DNA of 32,000 nucleotides from Planctopirus limnophila DSM 3776 (lineage in GTDB: Bacteria; Planctomycetota; Planctomycetia; Planctomycetales; Planctomycetaceae), in the NCBI RefSeq assembly GCF_000092105.1, contig NC_014149.1, forward strand, positions 5,011 through 37,010, read 5' to 3'. The translations under genes and the position numbers were made by a program. The notes under the pieces were generated by a model. That model was not told the origin of the DNA. It was given only the letters and a program-made list of their open reading frames with translations, and did not search any database. Below, in pieces: positions 31,320-32,000 of the stretch. Each line of letters opens with the position of its first letter. Within the stretch, counting starts at the first letter, position 1.

Positions 31320-31934
31320 ATGTCATCCGACGATGTTTTGCCGATCGATCCCGTGATTTCTGATGAAATCGAGCTCCGACAGGCCCTCAAGGAGCTGCAG
31401 CAGCTCGACGTGGCCATGCGGAAGCGAGCGGCCTCGCTCGACCGCGAAGTGCGGGCGATCTATGAGCGGGCAGGCCAGCACCTGGTCAACGTGTTGGGTC
31501 AATCGATCCCGGCTGATGTGCGGGCCAAGTCACTGCAGGAAGCGATCATCAACTTCGCCAATGACTATCGCGAAGAACTGCTCAAGGGCCGCGACAAAAA
31601 GTCGATCGAATATCCCGAAGGGACCCTCGCCTGGCGAACTGTGCCCGCGACGATCGCGGCCAGTGAAGGGGTCAAGCCAGACGACATCATTGAGCGGGCC
31701 GACAAGGTCGCACCCTGGACGATCATCGTCAGGAAGGTGCTGGAGAAAGTGAAGCTCTTTGGCGTTGGTTTCTTCGAGATGTTCGACGTCGTTTACAAGC
31801 CCTCGATGGCCAACATCAAGAAAGCCTGGCAGGCCAAGCGGCTGAAGCCAGCCGACCTGAAGAAGCTGGGTTTGGAAGTTGTGCCGGAACGCGAATCGGC
31901 TTTCTTCAAGCTGCCCGAAGTCTCGCTGGATTAA
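31320..31934 (+). CDS. gam: Mu Gam-like host-nuclease inhibitor protein
   Basis: ATG 31320 with GAGG 5 nt upstream. 204 aa. An N-terminal coiled coil (EIELRQALKELQQLDVAMRKRAASLDREVRAIYERA) is followed by ANDYREELLKGRDKKSIEYPEGTLAWRTVP, the pattern of the Mu Gam family. Confidence 0.7.
   Translation: MSSDDVLPIDPVISDEIELRQALKELQQLDVAMRKRAASLDREVRAIYERAGQHLVNVLGQSIPADVRAKSLQEAIINFANDYREELLKGRDKKSIEYPEGTLAWRTVPATIAASEGVKPDDIIERADKVAPWTIIVRKVLEKVKLFGVGFFEMFDVVYKPSMANIKKAWQAKRLKPADLKKLGLEVVPERESAFFKLPEVSLD
31354..31371. repeat. Near copy (13/14) of TGATTTC-N4-GAAATCA: TGATTTC-TGAT-GAAATCG, inside the Gam-like gene (encodes VISDEIE)
   Basis: Read directly from the sequence. Confidence 0.85.
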
Positions 31935-32000
31935 GCGAGCGAAAACCGGCCGCCGGGAGGTGTCTCCCTAACTCATTGTTACGTGTCCAAGTGCGCTTTT

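Larger units (their letters stand above)
1..32000 (+). mobile_element. Temperate siphovirus-like (HK97-type) phage / prophage genome segment: late structural arm, int/att region, early arm
   Basis: Canonical gene order terL-portal-protease-capsid-connector-tail-TMP-fibre. Two tyrosine recombinases, a tRNA 3' fragment, and early genes (ParB-like, Gam-like, small regulators). Dense co-oriented ORFs with overlapping start/stop codons. Confidence 0.9.

Noticed and set aside
31320-31934. A Mu-like transposable phage, suggested by the Gam homologue
   Set aside because: No transposase (MuA/MuB-like) genes are present. Two tyrosine integrases and a tRNA-type att fragment point to site-specific integration. 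Gam-like proteins occur in non-transposable phages too.
1-32000. CRISPR arrays, rRNA genes, IS elements, or a reverse transcriptase (retron or DGR)
   Set aside because: I saw no regularly spaced direct repeats, no rRNA-like sequence, and no transposase- or RT-like ORF while reading both strands.

Overview
The whole window is temperate siphovirus-type (HK97-like) phage or prophage DNA. Nearly all genes are on the + strand and tightly packed, many with ATGA/GTGA start-stop overlaps.

Layout:
- 1-15.2 kb: a complete late structural module. Order: terminase large subunit 3' end, portal, ClpP-like prohead protease, HK97-fold major capsid, connector, head closure, gp10-like, tail terminator, major tail, G/G-T chaperone pair, tape measure, minor tail, tail fibre, distal tail-associated ORFs.
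- 15.2-20.2 kb: a recombination and accessory region. It holds two different tyrosine recombinases, a small membrane protein, a Dam-type (D12, DPPY) DNA methyltransferase, a 47-nt 3' fragment of tRNA-Lys(UUU) (att-like), a membrane-anchored accessory ('moron'-like) protein, and a 16-8-16 lox/FRT-like palindrome.
- 20.2-32 kb: an early region of many small ORFs. It includes a short DnaN-like clamp, a CsrA homologue, an ASCH protein, about seven Cys-rich/zinc-ribbon proteins, a DUF6011-like protein, a 664-aa ParB-like protein, RHH/HTH regulators (two on the minus strand) and a Mu-Gam-like protein.

The most unusual signal is a gapped palindrome, TGATTTC-N4-GAAATCA. It has six perfect copies and one 13/14 copy spread over both arms, in intergenic and in-frame coding positions. 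That is far beyond chance and I do not recognise it as a known operator or parS.

Other points:
- A lambda-like -1 frameshift site (GGGAAAC) joins the chaperone ORFs.
- A promoter-overlapping 15-bp inverted repeat lies downstream of the ParB-like gene.
- A 110-nt long imperfect stem lies at 29.8 kb.
- A very acidic small protein is bounded by hairpins.

I saw no rRNA, CRISPR array, transposase or complete tRNA. All functional calls come from motif recognition by eye, without database searches.
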